Positions 50,074-63,126 of a stretch of DNA of 64,000 bases are shown here, one piece after another. Position numbers and translations under genes: made by a program. Origin of the DNA: Curvularia clavata (Eukaryota). The stretch covers positions 2,108,001 through 2,172,000 of the forward strand of contig CP089274.1 in the NCBI GenBank assembly GCA_023920165.1. Reading direction: 5' to 3'. Position 1 is the first letter of the stretch; the number at the start of each line of letters is the position of its first letter. The notes under the pieces were generated by a model. The model did no database searches. It was not told where the DNA came from and worked only from the letters and a program-made list of their open reading frames with translations.

Positions 50074-50739
50074 TCAGTTAGTAGACGCCTCGTTCATTCT
50101 CTTTTCCCAGTCAAGCTTGGTCAAACCAAAAATATGCACATCCATAACCACGCCATGCTTCTCGGCATGGCCCTTCATTACACCTTCATGGGCAAAGCCG
50201 CACTTTTCGAAACACCGCATGCTCCCCACGTTGCTTGAGAAGACATTGCCACAGATCCGCGTCACTCGCTGTCCGTTCTTGTTCCAGTTTTCGAATACCC
50301 ATCGGACGAAGCCTCCCAATGCCTCTGTCATGTAGCCTTTCCCCCAATACGCCTGGCTCATCCAATAGCCGACTTCACCGGTACGAGCGTAAACGTCGGC
50401 GCCAGTCTTCATGCCAATTCCTCCGATCACAATATGTGGTGATGAGCGTTCGCAGATCACGAAAGCTTCTTGGTAAGGGAGCGCTGTGTTCATATTGATC
50501 CATTCTTCAGCGCGCTCGAGGGTGTAGGGGCTTGGGAAGGAAAGGGACATGTACTTTGCGACGAGTGGATTATCGGCATTCTGCGATGTGGATGCAGCGT
50601 CTGGCAGATGCATTGGACGAATGATCAGACGACTCGTTGTTATGATGGGAGTAGGGTATGTTGCGCTCTCGGGCGCGGCCAAGTTCTCTGATTGAGTTTG
50701 CATTGTGGTGGATTGTGTTGGAGTTGGTTGATCAGCCAT
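50074..50739 (-). CDS. GNAT acetyltransferase, RimJ/RimL-like
   Basis: TSRLIIRP, IGGIG, EVGYWMSQAYWGKGYMTEAL, NVGSMRCFEKCGF. Confidence 0.9.
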   Translation of the reverse strand: MADQPTPTQSTTMQTQSENLAAPESATYPTPIITTSRLIIRPMHLPDAASTSQNADNPLVAKYMSLSFPSPYTLERAEEWINMNTALPYQEAFVICERSSPHIVIGGIGMKTGADVYARTGEVGYWMSQAYWGKGYMTEALGGFVRWVFENWNKNGQRVTRICGNVFSSNVGSMRCFEKCGFAHEGVMKGHAEKHGVVMDVHIFGLTKLDWEKRMNEASTN

Positions 50740-51082
50740 GTTGACCGTAGTCTTGTCGTTGGTGTTGGATTTAGGGACCCTGGCCACAGCTGATCGACAT
50801 AGGTGTTTAAATAATCATGGGTATCTTCTTTGAGTCAAGATGATGACTCAAAACGGTATTGCCTACGAGTTTTCTATCATTACCAACACAAGGCTATGCA
50901 CCTTCCCAGACTGGCTATAGTATGACTCGAAGCCTAGGGCATCCGCCTATGCTGTCGTTGGCGGCCTGAAAATGTGATCCAAAGAAACATGCATTCCGGT
51001 TCGTATTTATTCCCTGTGTGACAGGGCTGATTTGCAGCGAATGGCAGGCAGGCTGGGCACGTGAAAGAAGAGGGGTGTGACG

Positions 51083-51131
51083 TCGCGTGGGCAGGGCCCT
51101 AGCGCATCGCGCTAAAACGCGTCTATCGCGT
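51083..51131. promoter_or_regulatory. Cluster of MCB-like (ACGCGT/ACGCGA) cell-cycle elements upstream of ECO1
   Basis: ACGCGT at 51117-51122 and TCGCGT at 51083 and 51126, all within 100 nt of the ATG. Confidence 0.55.
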
Positions 51132-51180
51132 TGACTATCACCACGCAGACAGATTGCAGTCGCTGCCAAACCACGTCAAA

Positions 51181-52464
51181 ATGTCGTCTCTGCCGGCCAA
51201 GTGAGTTCTCGCCTTTTTAAACAATTCACGAAGCTAACTAATGCCTAGGAAAGTGGTCCGGACATATTCGCGCCAAACCAAACGCCCACTCTATGAGGAA
51301 CCGCCCACCAAGCGAAGACGCGTTGAAACTACCATTGAGAGTATCGAGATCGAGACTTTGACAACGAATCCCATTGTCCCCACGACACATCAATCCTCGC
51401 CTCCATGTGAGGTCGCTTCGCCTCCAACGTCAAGCCCAAAAGAGTCTCCTGCCATCTTTTCAGACCCATCGAGCAGGTCTAGTCCACCCTCGTCTCCAGC
51501 GCCGCGCAGCTCTCCTCCGCCCCTCCAGAAAAGGCGACCAGTTTTCTCGATATTCAAAAAGCAAGTCAAAACCAGCGCAGTCACAAAAGAGTCTTTCACA
51601 GAACGGAGCCACAATGCACAAATCCCGCCGAAGACGTTGCAAAAAAAGAAGCCCATGGTGCAGATGCAGCTAGACCTGGCTTCGGAGACGCGGAAAACAT
51701 GCAAGACATGTGGAATGCAATATATACCCTCGAATCTAGAGGATGCAGCGCTCCACAAGAAGTTCCATGCCATGAATCTCGGAGGCATGGATTTTACAAA
51801 AGCACTTATCCAGCGCTTCAGGAAGAATGAAATATGGAGTGGAGGTGATGGAAGCTTCATAGCAGTAGTCGGGCGCAAAGACGCGCCTTTGCTGCGGAGT
51901 CGCGTGGTCGATGTGCTGAACATTGTGAATACTGAACTTGCGGCTGTTCCGATATCAGATGAAGAGCTCTGGAGCCAAAGGAGCCCTCCAGCCGCTACAT
52001 ACAGTCAGGTTGGACAAGTAAAGCCGACCGAGGCCGAAAAACCAACGATAGACAAAGCCAAGCCGGAGTTAGTGGATCGGTTCAAAGTATATCTGTATAT
52101 CCGGGGTAACAAATGTGTGGGGGCTTGTCTAGCAGAGCGCATTTGGGAGGCTTTTCAAGCTCTAGATCCAGATGCTACGTCTGAGCATGCTTGCGAGCTT
52201 TCGCCCACGTCTCAGAGCTCGTCTCTTTCTATCGGCAGCAAACCAGACCCAGCAATACTAGGGATATCGCGCATATGGACGTCAAATCAACATCGAAAGA
52301 AGGGCATTGCGAGTCGACTGCTAGACTGCGCAAGGTCGGATTTCCTCTACGGAATGAAGATTGAGAAGGCCAACGTTGCATTTAGTCAGCCAACGGAGAG
52401 CGGAGGAAACCTTGCGCGGAAATGGTACGGCAGCAAGGCGGGATGGCATGTGTATATCGATTAG
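51181..52464 (+). CDS. ECO1: Cohesin acetyltransferase Eco1/Ctf7; exons 51181-51200, 51249-52464
   Basis: PIP-like QMQLDL, C2H2 finger CKTCGMQY...HKKFH, GISRIWT...RKKGIASRLLD, AFSQPTESG. The ORF-track ATG at 51241 lies inside the intron GTGAGT...GCTAAC...TAG. Confidence 0.93.
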
Positions 52465-52872
52465 TCAGTGTGTCATAGCAAATGCAAAAGTCTGGTACAT
52501 GACAGCATTGACACGGCGCCATGGTCATTGCTTCAGCCCCCCAATACCCGGTCGGCGCGGTGGAGCTAATACCACATGTTTGCAAGCATTTCCTCTCCAT
52601 TACACGCTTGGCATCCGTGTACAAAGCATATCCGTAACACTCCGGTGGGTTTCTGGTTGGCTGATGCGTACGAATGCTGCGCAGGATGAGCTGCGATTCG
52701 ATAGTGGGGTTTGTTCGCTGTCCCGCCAGATCGCCGCCTGCAGCTATCGGCGATGATCGACTTGCTGGCCCGACCTTCAGCAGGGGCATTTCTTCTTTGC
52801 TGCACGACACCTGCTGCCTCTCTACGAGTCTTCTCCATGTACATAGAATAATGAATTGATTTTAGCTCCAGC

Positions 52873-54857
52873 ATGTCGTCCGGGAACCCCTTTCGCGCCT
52901 CACAAGCGTTTCCTCGGCCCGCGCCCGTCCCGCAAACGTCCTTTATCAACACTGATAGCAGCGTGCTTGAGGCTCGCAGGGGGGATAGCGACCATGGTAT
53001 TCCCTTGCCTTGCCGTTCTTCTGCTGGCATCGAAGGAGTAATTGTCTTACAGTGCTTGAAGACGCCGCCGCCGCGCCGCCGACAAAGACAAAGAAGTCTG
53101 TCCGCATAGTCTCACCCACTACGACTATCCCGCCACAGCCCGACTTCGACGACGAGAATGCGACGCTCAACGAACTCATAGCCCGACGCGCGAGCCAAGG
53201 TCGGCCTGCGAGCCCGCCACCTCCCATAACACCCGCCGGGTTTGCCAACCACTCTGTCACCGCGGGCGAAGCCAATGCGCAAGTGATTGGGAAAGATGCC
53301 TTGGTAATGGCGGGCAACTTACTGAACGCCAGGTCCTACTCTAGTGAGCCACAGAGAGCTGCTGCATCTGGAAATGTACCGGCGAACCCGTTCTCAAAGA
53401 CGCTGGCATCTTTAGAACGGCCAGAAGGGGAGGGTGGCACGGGGGAACGGACAATTGCGCAAAGGCCAGCACCAGGCAACAACAGAGCTTCGCTGGATGT
53501 GGAGAGCTTCAAGAATCTGCTCATGACTGGAAATGCGACTCCGCGTGCTTCCGGTCAGTCTACTCAATTCGGAAGCGCGTCGCAGTCGACAAGCAGTGCG
53601 CAATTCGAAAGCAGTAGTACAGACACCTCTTCGATATCACGACAGTCAATATCCGAGCACCCACAAGACACACACGCAGCATCGTCACGGACTTCAGACG
53701 ACATGGCAGACGAAGAAGAAGACGACAGCATGGGACTGGTGCCTGAAGCGAAGAAGGACAAGAAGAAACCCCCGCCTGCACCAAAGCATCGTCATGGCAA
53801 GCTTGTCGCACCAAGACAGCCACAGACAGTAGCATTCGACGAGTTTGAAGCGACCGCACCTACTCCGGGTATTAGACGGACAAGTAGCTCAGACGTGAAT
53901 AGGCCGCTTCCGTCGACTCCGGCTGCCCAACAGTCTCCGCCTCGTGTCAGCTCGCAGGACAATATACCCCTCCAATCACGCCCAACACAGCCGAGACCAA
54001 GCGAAGTCCCAAAGTCTTCAGAGGATCAGGCTAAACCAAAAAAGATGCCCCCACCTGTACCGATAGCCCGGAGGCACAGTCAGTTGAAGACGACATCTAC
54101 GGGAAACAGGTCGCGCAGTAGTTCGAATCTAACCATATCTTCGCAGCATTCTATCGAAGCCCCACAGACCCCAACGTCCATCAGCCATGATCCCATGTCG
54201 AGCGCAAAGTCACCGCCCCCTCCACCACCCTCCCGATATGGCGCACGACTTGCAAACCTCGGAAACTCAAGCACTAACTCCTCGAGCACAGAGCTAGCAG
54301 CATCCTCCATCTCTGCTCGAACACCGAGGTCCATCCCAGATCCACCTTCGCCTCGCCGAAACAATCTAGACTCTGAGGCCTCATCACCAGCACCCAGCAT
54401 GCATCGCACACCATCCGTCTCCTCGAGTCGCAACATGCAGCGCAATGTCTCTGGTGGAAGCACGGGGAGCAACATGCCGCCGCCGCCTCCCCCAAGGCGC
54501 CGCCAATCCAATCGCTCAAGCCTTGACCAGCAACGCCCACAAGCCTACACTTCCTCATCCCCTACCGAAAGCCGGCGCACAAGCACTGAGTACCGCCGCG
54601 CAAGCACAGAACAGAGACGTACGAGCGTAGCCAGCGAGACCTCATTACGCAGATCGTACGCACCTGTAGATGAAAAGGGCGAGAACGAATTCGCATTGTA
54701 TTCTCCCGTTGATGAAAAAGAAAAGAAACTGGGTACTACTGACGAGAAATTGGACGCTGGGTTGCCAGAGACGACGAGTAATTCAAGTAACATTCTTGAT
54801 GATATGGAAAAGTTTCAGCGCGAGATTGACGAGCTGAGGACAAGGTACAAGCAGTGA
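52873..54857 (+). CDS. Pro/Ser-rich, largely disordered hypothetical protein with polyproline (SH3-ligand-like) motifs and a C-terminal coiled coil; exons 52873-52996, 53053-54857
   Basis: MSSGNPFR start, NPF motifs, KKKPPPAPKHRHGK, PPPPPPRRR, C-terminal ILDDMEKFQREIDELRTRY. The intron phase is consistent. Confidence 0.82.
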
Positions 54858-55676
54858 GATGGAGCATCTTGTAGTGTCTTCGCCGAAGCAGAGAGAGCGA
54901 ACTTGGGGGTGGGGCAACGTGATTTGATGTATTTTATACGTATGCGGCCATGCGATTTGCAGCACCCTCTATTACTCAGAGATGAAGGGGGGAGGGAGTT
55001 GGAGAGGAGTAGCAAGACCAGAGTAAATAGGCGGGTCGAGGTGGGGATTTTGTATAATTATATCAGTATAGTGGATATCTGTTGTGTGGAGAGAAAGTGA
55101 AGAAGGGGGCTGTGTTTCGAAGCGTCTGGGTGCTGTCAAGTGTATATACTGTGCTCGAATGTATGGCGTAAACTTACCTTTGCTCTTGTGAATAGAAGGG
55201 CTTGGAATTAAAGACGGCGCAAGACTTGTTTTGGAAACATAGTCAGGCCCTCCCACAACCAGTAAACCCGGAAAATGGCAACCCACTTTGAAAGTAGCTG
55301 TAGTTGTCACGTTTATTTATTGTTTAGCGTAGTCTTAGCACTTCCAATTCTACTTTTGAAGGTAGCGGTAGTCGTTGCAGTTACATATGATCTGTGTATT
55401 AGTGATGTGTCTCTGTGGGTAAACTCGTTTTCATTTTCTGGTTTCACTGGTTGTGAGAGAGTCAGGTCAAGGAGCGGAATGACAAAGTCAAGATTTGTAT
55501 TAGGTATATTATATTACTCCCCTTTGGCCCCGGATATATCAAAGTAAGAGTCATGAATTTGGGTATGGGGATCGTGAAAGTGATTCATCATTATCGTAGC
55601 CACCTCAACCTCGAATGTCGACATGAAGGACCATTTCCTTAATCCGACATCGATGTGGCTAGGTAGTCGTATACGT

Positions 55677-56259
55677 CTAGACGACGGCAGCCAGGGCTGC
55701 AGCACCAATAGCGAACAGCGAACCTATACCAGCCAGCGGCGTCGGAAGGGCAGCGATGTTGCTGAACTCGGAGGACGTGGAACTCGTAGCCGGAGGACTA
55801 CCAGATACAGAGGGAGCCTCGACGCTTGGAGATGGAGAGATGCTTGGAGACGGAATGACGACCGGTGCAGCAGTAGTGCCAGCAGCCGGCGGCGTCTCGA
55901 GCGGTGCAGATGGAGCCATGCCCGAAGCAGCTGGGGTAGATGGAGCAGCAGCATCTGAAGTAGGCATGGGCTCTTGAGGCGTCATGGCACTAGTGACAAC
56001 AACGCTGCTTGCAGGTGGCGCTACGCCCGATTCGGCAGGAGGAGGAGGTGCTGCATACGAGTCCGATGGCGTAGGAGCAGGTCCTGGCTTGGTGATGGAC
56101 TGCGTGACGGTGATGGTGATGGTCGTAGGGATGGGACAGGTTGCTTGGAGCTGTGTTAGCTTGTTATACAATCAGCCAGCTGCGATTCTTTTACTTACTG
56201 TCATGAGCAACGACAACCAGCGCCATGGCGGCTATCGCGAGCACCTTGAAACCGAACAT
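55677..56259 (-). CDS. Secreted Ser/Thr/Pro/Ala-rich, probably GPI-anchored cell-wall protein; intron 56144-56198
   Basis: Signal peptide MFGFKVLAIAAMALVVVA, low-complexity S/T/P body, hydrophobic tail FSNIAALPTPLAGIGSLFAIGAAALAAVV*. Confidence 0.85.
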
Positions 56260-59200
56260 GGTGGGTGTTGACAATGAAATTAGAGTAGGCTGGAAATATG
56301 CTCGGGTGGAATTGATGCAGCTGCAGAGATAACCGGGTGGTGTTGTGAAGAAGGTGAGCAAACAGGCGGGGGACAGAAGTATTGTTTATTGCAAGGCTGG
56401 CGGCCGTTTACAGGTACGGAAGTAGACTAGGCCCGACAGCAGGTAATAAACGGTGCCGTCCGTGGCTAGAAAAGCAGGGAAAGTGAAGAGTGAATAGAGC
56501 AAGCGTGAGTGGGGTGGCGCGCCTTGGTGTCAGGTGGTCATCTTTTTTTAGCAAATGTAGATGGTATTGCTGGAAATCGATAAACCGGTATCCTTATCGT
56601 ACATGCCGATATAGGAACCCATGCCGCGAACTCTGCGTCGCCAACTACAACGGCGGGTTGTGTCTGGAATCGACAATCGGTTTCCTTGATCTCAGCCAGA
56701 GACTATGTTGTTCCTCGAGCCCATCTAGTCCCTTACTTGTACGAACAGATGGCCAATGACTCTACACATTCCGTTTCAATCACCCACAACCTGGGTTGGC
56801 CACCAAGTATGAGCAACCCGAGAACAGCGGCGACGTGGGCCCATGCACCAAATCATTGCGGCGGATTTCGTGCTGGTAACCAATATTCTGACACTGTACT
56901 CGGCGCTCCAATATTTCCCCCTTGTTCGGCTCCCAAGACTATTGCAGGCGGTAGTGCGAAATGTGACGACTGCAACATCGGATGCCGCACAGATAGAGGT
57001 TGAGGTGGGATTGTGTACTTGTCTATCGTACCAACTCCTGGGTCACTTATTTCCAGGCTCGCACATTGCACTGTTGTCTTCGCATCGGGATTGCAAGCCG
57101 CAAGATGGATAGAGAATTTTGAGAGGTTGGGACGTATATATTATCGCTGGATGCTGTCGAGAATGACGACGCTAATCTCAAGAAACGAAACAAAGACATG
57201 TGTTCGAACACACAATAATCGTTTTGTAAGCAAGCATCCAGCAGCAGGCTCTGGTAGGAAATGATTATTTCACTGCGATGGCTGTGCGTATCGATGTCAC
57301 AATCCACCCTTGGTAGCCACAGATTTAGACGGAAATTAATATGCCCCTTGCTACAAAAACTTTTAGAATTCTAGAAGACACATACCATGTCCCCCATCTG
57401 GAGTTGGTGTTCAAAGCATGCAACCATTGCTCATCACTAACATTTCAAAGGTAAGGACTACTTTAGCAACCGCGTAGAAAGCGCTATGCATACAAACTCT
57501 ACTCCTGTTACTTCTTTGTATCCTCAGAGCACCGTAAATTGGCTGATTCGAGCTCATTCTCACACAATCTGTTGATTCACTCATTCATATATGTATTGAG
57601 AGAGTGCATACGTTACCTTGACAGGAACTGACGTATGAGCATTATGACGCGGAGGAAGCGATACAAATCGCGGCGACAATGGAGAATTTCATGATAGATC
57701 TCGGATAAAAACTTTATGCACCTCAGATGGCATTAGCAGGTGAAATACAGCAAGAGGAGATTGCTGGTTTATATAACATGGAAGGTGAATGTGCATATTG
57801 AACTTCCATAAAGATTCTACGCCGGATGTCAGTGCTGCATCAAAGCGAGAAACCTTGTACTCATCGACTTTGCAATCAAGTTTTCAAGAAAAGGATAGGC
57901 CAAGAGTTCTCGAAATGCAGTGTTTTGGTACGAGCGGCTATTGGAAGAAAGAGCCAATCTACATGGTTAGATGTAGCATCGGTAACTCATTCACCTCCTC
58001 ATGTTCCTGAAATATAACGCTTAGAGGGACTTGTGCAGATATCTTATGCTGGATCGCACACTTCTTTTATGCCATGCTGGAAAAACCATGCTGAACACTA
58101 AATGCGTCATCTACAGCATCCCTCGAAGAACAAGTTTCACAAATCCAACTAAGCAAATCGCATCCATACCATGGAAGACAAAATCATACGAGCCATGTTT
58201 CTAGCCCAGGTCCAGAAAGCTACAAGAAGCGGAAAGATCGACCTTTTCAATGTCAGGTCCAAGCGAACAGCCACTACGAGGCGAGCAACCACTGGTATAC
58301 GCTGATTTACGTACCCAGACACAACAGTGACTTTGACTACAACTAAGCTACTCCATGTACACAACTCCCTTCTTACCTGACACTCCCCTAGTATCTTTTA
58401 ATGGGGCAGGGTATTGGGTACCGAAAAAAAGAGGCGTTGTATAGTGTGTCTGTACTCAACAACCCGTGTGTTTCAAAGATATAATAGTGGGCGCGTTTCT
58501 TCTTAAAAATAAGAGAAAGCGATTTGGAAAGTAAAGTTATGAGATAATAACAGGTGGGCAGGATAGTTGGGACGAAAGGCAGAGAAGGAAAGGGATGAGG
58601 AGATTATGTTGGAGAAGGGATAAAAGGGACTAGGCAGGGCGTATATGAGTTACACAAGCTGATGGCGGAAGTGTCGCTTCTCAAAGAAAGTGCGCTCAGT
58701 CTTCGCGCTTGGAGCGATTGAATAAGTTCCAAACGTGCAGCAGTATTCTGGAGGAATGGATTAGTCAACAACGAATGCTATTCGAAAAGATAGCTTTGGT
58801 ACGTGAGTATCCGTTAGGGCACAGCAACTTACAGAGCTGATGTGCGCTGTAAGATGGTTTTCTTGAATAGCATTAGCGGAATATACTGTTTATCAGAGCA
58901 CCTTAGAAAAGTCAAGGGAAATGTTTGGGTTGGAAGACAAGATGTATTCAACAGCAGCACTTCACTCGAACACATGATCCTCATATCTCACCAAGCCCTT
59001 CTCCCTATCGCTCATCTCACCATTGCAAAATACTCTGCAGCTTCTCTCGATTATCAACTATCAAGGCGCACAAGGCTGTGCTATAAACACTGGCACAGCA
59101 TCATCGAGGAAGCAGCTAGGGAGATATATCTAGCATCTTGGCGAACAAGAATACTTGTGGCTCATCCAACACCACCGCAGCAAGCTTCGTATATACACAT

Positions 59201-62200
59201 TTATCTAACTACAGAGAATCCCGAACAGCCGATCTAAAAAGGACGCGAAGTGGAAATGAGAAAGTGGAAGTAAGGAAGTGGACAAAAGAAGCCTCTCGTT
59301 TTGATATATCCAGTCCCGTCAATCGCGGTACACAAGATTGTTCAGATTCTGGGGAAAAGTAAAGCGAGAGATGGATGACTTGTTTAGTAATCTTAATGCG
59401 AGGTGCAAAAGAACCGTGTGCAGATGAAGAATAAAAAGCTTCCAAGAACCGGGACCACATATTTCCGTGCGGTACTCGCAAAGTCATTAACTAGGTCTGG
59501 AATGAAGTTTGTTTTAGAGAGTCTAAAGAATGAACAATAGGGCTCACGGTATCCTCTCTCCAAACGGATAGAACTAGAACTGCACAGAATCGACCATCCG
59601 GTAGCAAGGTCAGGAAGAGAAACGAGCGCGCGCGGAAATCCTACAACCTGTCGCACAAGGTGAGATACGCCGGTGGGGACCCGTACCCTACCGTGTCTGT
59701 GAATGCGTCGTGGCTTTCGGGCCTTTCCCACTCACACATGATATTCAAAGCACTCTACAAGAGCATCGCAGGAGTGTAGGCAGGCCAAGGGGCTTGGAGA
59801 CGCCATGCAGGAGTCGGTGCTAGTTATGTCCCCCCATTCGTCCATTGGACAATAAACCTGTTTGAAAATACGACGCGGTTGGTTCGAATAAGCACTTGTG
59901 GAACGTATTCCGATGCTTGCAGTCGCTGTTATCTGCCCTTGTCAGACGGCACGCCAGGGAGACCAATGGCATGTGCCCAACCCGCCTCGTTACCGACTGG
60001 ACATGTCAAACTCGAGCTTACCTGGGTCGCCTGGCTTTCCAAATCTAGATTTTGATGAATTGGTAATTGTCTTGTCTCTGATGGATTCTTCTTCGACTTT
60101 GGGCAGCCTGGCTTGGAAAAAAACATCGGATAGTGCCCCTACAAGGCAGCGTTGTTGGCGTGGCTAGTCACGGCTAGTAACCGCAAACCCCACCTGTTCG
60201 TAAACAAACAAGAGGGGCAAGGAAGCCTTCATCCATTAGGCTCTGTTTTGTGCTTCCAAGGTTACGCGTTCCGCAGAGTGCGAGTTGCTCACACCAGTGT
60301 ATATGGTCTTGGACAGACGCAACGAAGAGCAATTCCAAGGCGCGACGAGGTGCAAGTAAGAAGATGGCTTTGCTTGGCTGATGAGCAATCTCGCCCGACT
60401 GCTTCGCAACAATTCATGTCGGTACAAAGCGCAGCCGTGATGGAGCGGACATCGGGACATTTTCCAAGTGGAGGAGATAAGCATGGGCTTAAGCCCGAAA
60501 GCGGGGCAGGTGTGCACGATCTTGTGGCGAGCGTGACAGAACACCCTCGTACCGACATGGGAACCTGGCAGTGCAGCACCGAATAGCACCGAAAGAAGCT
60601 AAGAAGTAAACCGTTGAGATAGCGAAATGTGAATCGCTTGGTATGTGCGTGTATCGTGATTTAAACGGGTGCGCCTATGTCAGAAATTCGACAAGCGATC
60701 TTCAGGAAAAGAGCTCCGCGCCGTTGAGAGCCAGTGGCTGTGCAGGGTTGCGAGAGACTAGATGGGGCGGTATGGCTAGGGAATGCGGCATATCCAGAAT
60801 ATTGTCTCCGCTCTAAATAATGGCGCAGAGTTCTGGAATTGTGAATGGGTCAAGTGTGAAGAAAGGAACGGTAGTACCCCAAAAAAGAGGGGCTTGGGGT
60901 AAAAGGGTCTGATTGGGCGACGGGTTGTGGCTCCGTGCCGAACAGATGACTGCACGGTGACATGGTACCAATACAAAGCCCCGCGGGGAGTTCTACGCGA
61001 AACCACCGAAGGAATGGGTCAAACGTTGTTCCGCGACTGCCATGTATTGAAGAGAACAAGGGGCCTTGTCCGAGTTCCCTGTTGGATCTGAATTTAAATG
61101 TGAAGGGATTGGAGACGGGATGCATAGCGGGAAACGTGGGCTACGTGTTTATCCGTAATGAATCGCCTTGTCTGGTACGCCAGGAGTAGCAGTGTGGCAG
61201 CCAAGCAACACATAGATAAGCGGCATGTTGTGCATCTGACTTTGTGAGATGGTCGGCTGCGTACAAGCGCAACAGACTGGGTGTGAAGGGTGCCAACACG
61301 ATGTCCGCGGAATGCAGGGAGATGAGATTAAAGGAAGCTATGGGTGGTACTGTATTACACCAGCGCTCTGCTTGCCGCATTGGGGCTGATGTTGCTTTTC
61401 ATTGGCATTCAGCTCTTGGGAAGTCATTTCGTAGCGTGGAGTCGAGTCTTTGTGCTGTTTTTGGTAAGAAGAGCAGTAACAGCGTAGAACGGTGAAATGC
61501 CATGTGGTGGCTTGTGGGTGGGGAGCATGTTTTCAACATCTTCCGCGGAGTCTAGAGGGAATGGCTGTCGTTGCCGGCTCAGATGCAAGATCATGCAGCT
61601 AACCCATACTGGATTCAATCCGTGCGCCTCAACTCTGGACACGGTTCTGTTGCGGTGAAAATGGGCCCTGTATGATGCCACAACATGTCACTCTTACACA
61701 GCATAGGTGCTGGTGGTTAAAAAGCACTCTTCAAAGAGAGTGGCCACGTATTGGAGGCGGTAGAGAGTACCGGCATAACGCTAAAGTGGTATGCGGAGAG
61801 GAGTTTCGTTGAGGAGAGGCTTGTTTAGAGGAAATGGGCAGCAAAGAACAAAGAAGAAACGAAAGGCACTATGCTAAGTTGTCACGGCCAAGATGGTCGA
61901 GAGCCCTGCGTCAGGCGCAAAACACAGCGTCTCTTGTGTTTGTTCCCTGGCTAAGCTGTGACCTCATGGGTGCGAGATTGGCGAGGTTGCGTAACACGAC
62001 AGTATGGCTGAGCCGCTGTGGGGTCATGGGAAGGATCTGAGACGGGCGGATCTACAACGGAAATATCGCATCTGATCTGAAAAGTGATGGGATGTGATGT
62101 GGTGCCATGCCACTGCCACTGCCATGGAGCGGCTAAGGGGAGCGATGTTTGACAGGCTCGAGACCACGAGCTAGCGACTAGCAGCTAGCAGCACCCCGGC

Positions 62201-63102
62201 GAAGTGGCAATGGCGGTGCTCGGCGGGGCGCACAGGCGGGCGGAAGAAGGGGGCCACGCGATGTGACGTCGGTGGCTGTGGAGGCTTCTGGATAATGTTT
62301 CGAGTGACAAATAGAAGCGCAGGCGTGGTGGACGACCAAGATTCAATCTCAGATTTCGCCAATCGACGCGCACATGGCGAGCCTTCAGGGCAGGGAGGCG
62401 TGCAAGGGTCATGGCGACAGGGTGTAGAGGAGGTAGGTTTTGTCATTGGCGGTAACTGTCGTGGGTAACTGTCAGCACACATGGATGGAGGAGGAGGAGC
62501 TTTGGTGCAGGACAGCAGGCAATGAGCACGGCGCTGGGCGGCCGAGGCACTGTGGTGAATGCATTGTAGTCGGCGACGTGGAATGATGCTGCTGCTGCGG
62601 TGTCAAACTGGAGTGGACTGTGGGCTATTGGGGGATCGGCGAGCACAAGCTGGCAGCAATGTTCTCGTAACCCACGAGTTGGATGAGATCGGCGCTAGTC
62701 CCGATCGGAGAGCTCGCGTATCTGCGCATCTCAGTATTGCGCCAGGGCAGCCCTTGGTGGGCTGCGCGGGCGTGGGCCACAGCCGGCCCTGAGATTGGGC
62801 CGCATGCTCAACATGGCTGCGCGATCACGATCTGGCAGGGCCTTGTCGAGACGGGATGATGGAGGGCTATTTATCAGACGTCGCGGTGTTGGACGTTGGC
62901 GCGGGCACAAGGCTTTTCCCCGCTCGGTGCAAGCGCTGACTGGGCCTTCGCTACCGGACGCCGTGTCATCCGCGCCGGCGGTCACGGACAGCGGGTTTGG
63001 CCATTTTACCCGACTGCGTGCTCTGGCGTCTGGCGTCTGGCCCAGCGGTTTGCGGCAGCCTCTGCGTACCTACCACGCCATGTCTCCTTGCACCCACTGC
63101 CA

Positions 63103-63126
63103 GCGATCGCGATCGCGATCGCGATC
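63103..63126. repeat. (GCGATC)4 self-complementary hexamer repeat containing a perfect 22-nt palindrome
   Basis: gatcgcgatcgcgatcgcgatc (63105-63126) equals its own reverse complement and is flanked by GCCAG...CTGGC. Confidence 0.85.

Noticed and set aside
59870..59895. GGTTCGAAT resembling a tRNA T-loop/B-box
   Set aside because: No flanking T-stem, acceptor stem or A-box could be built.
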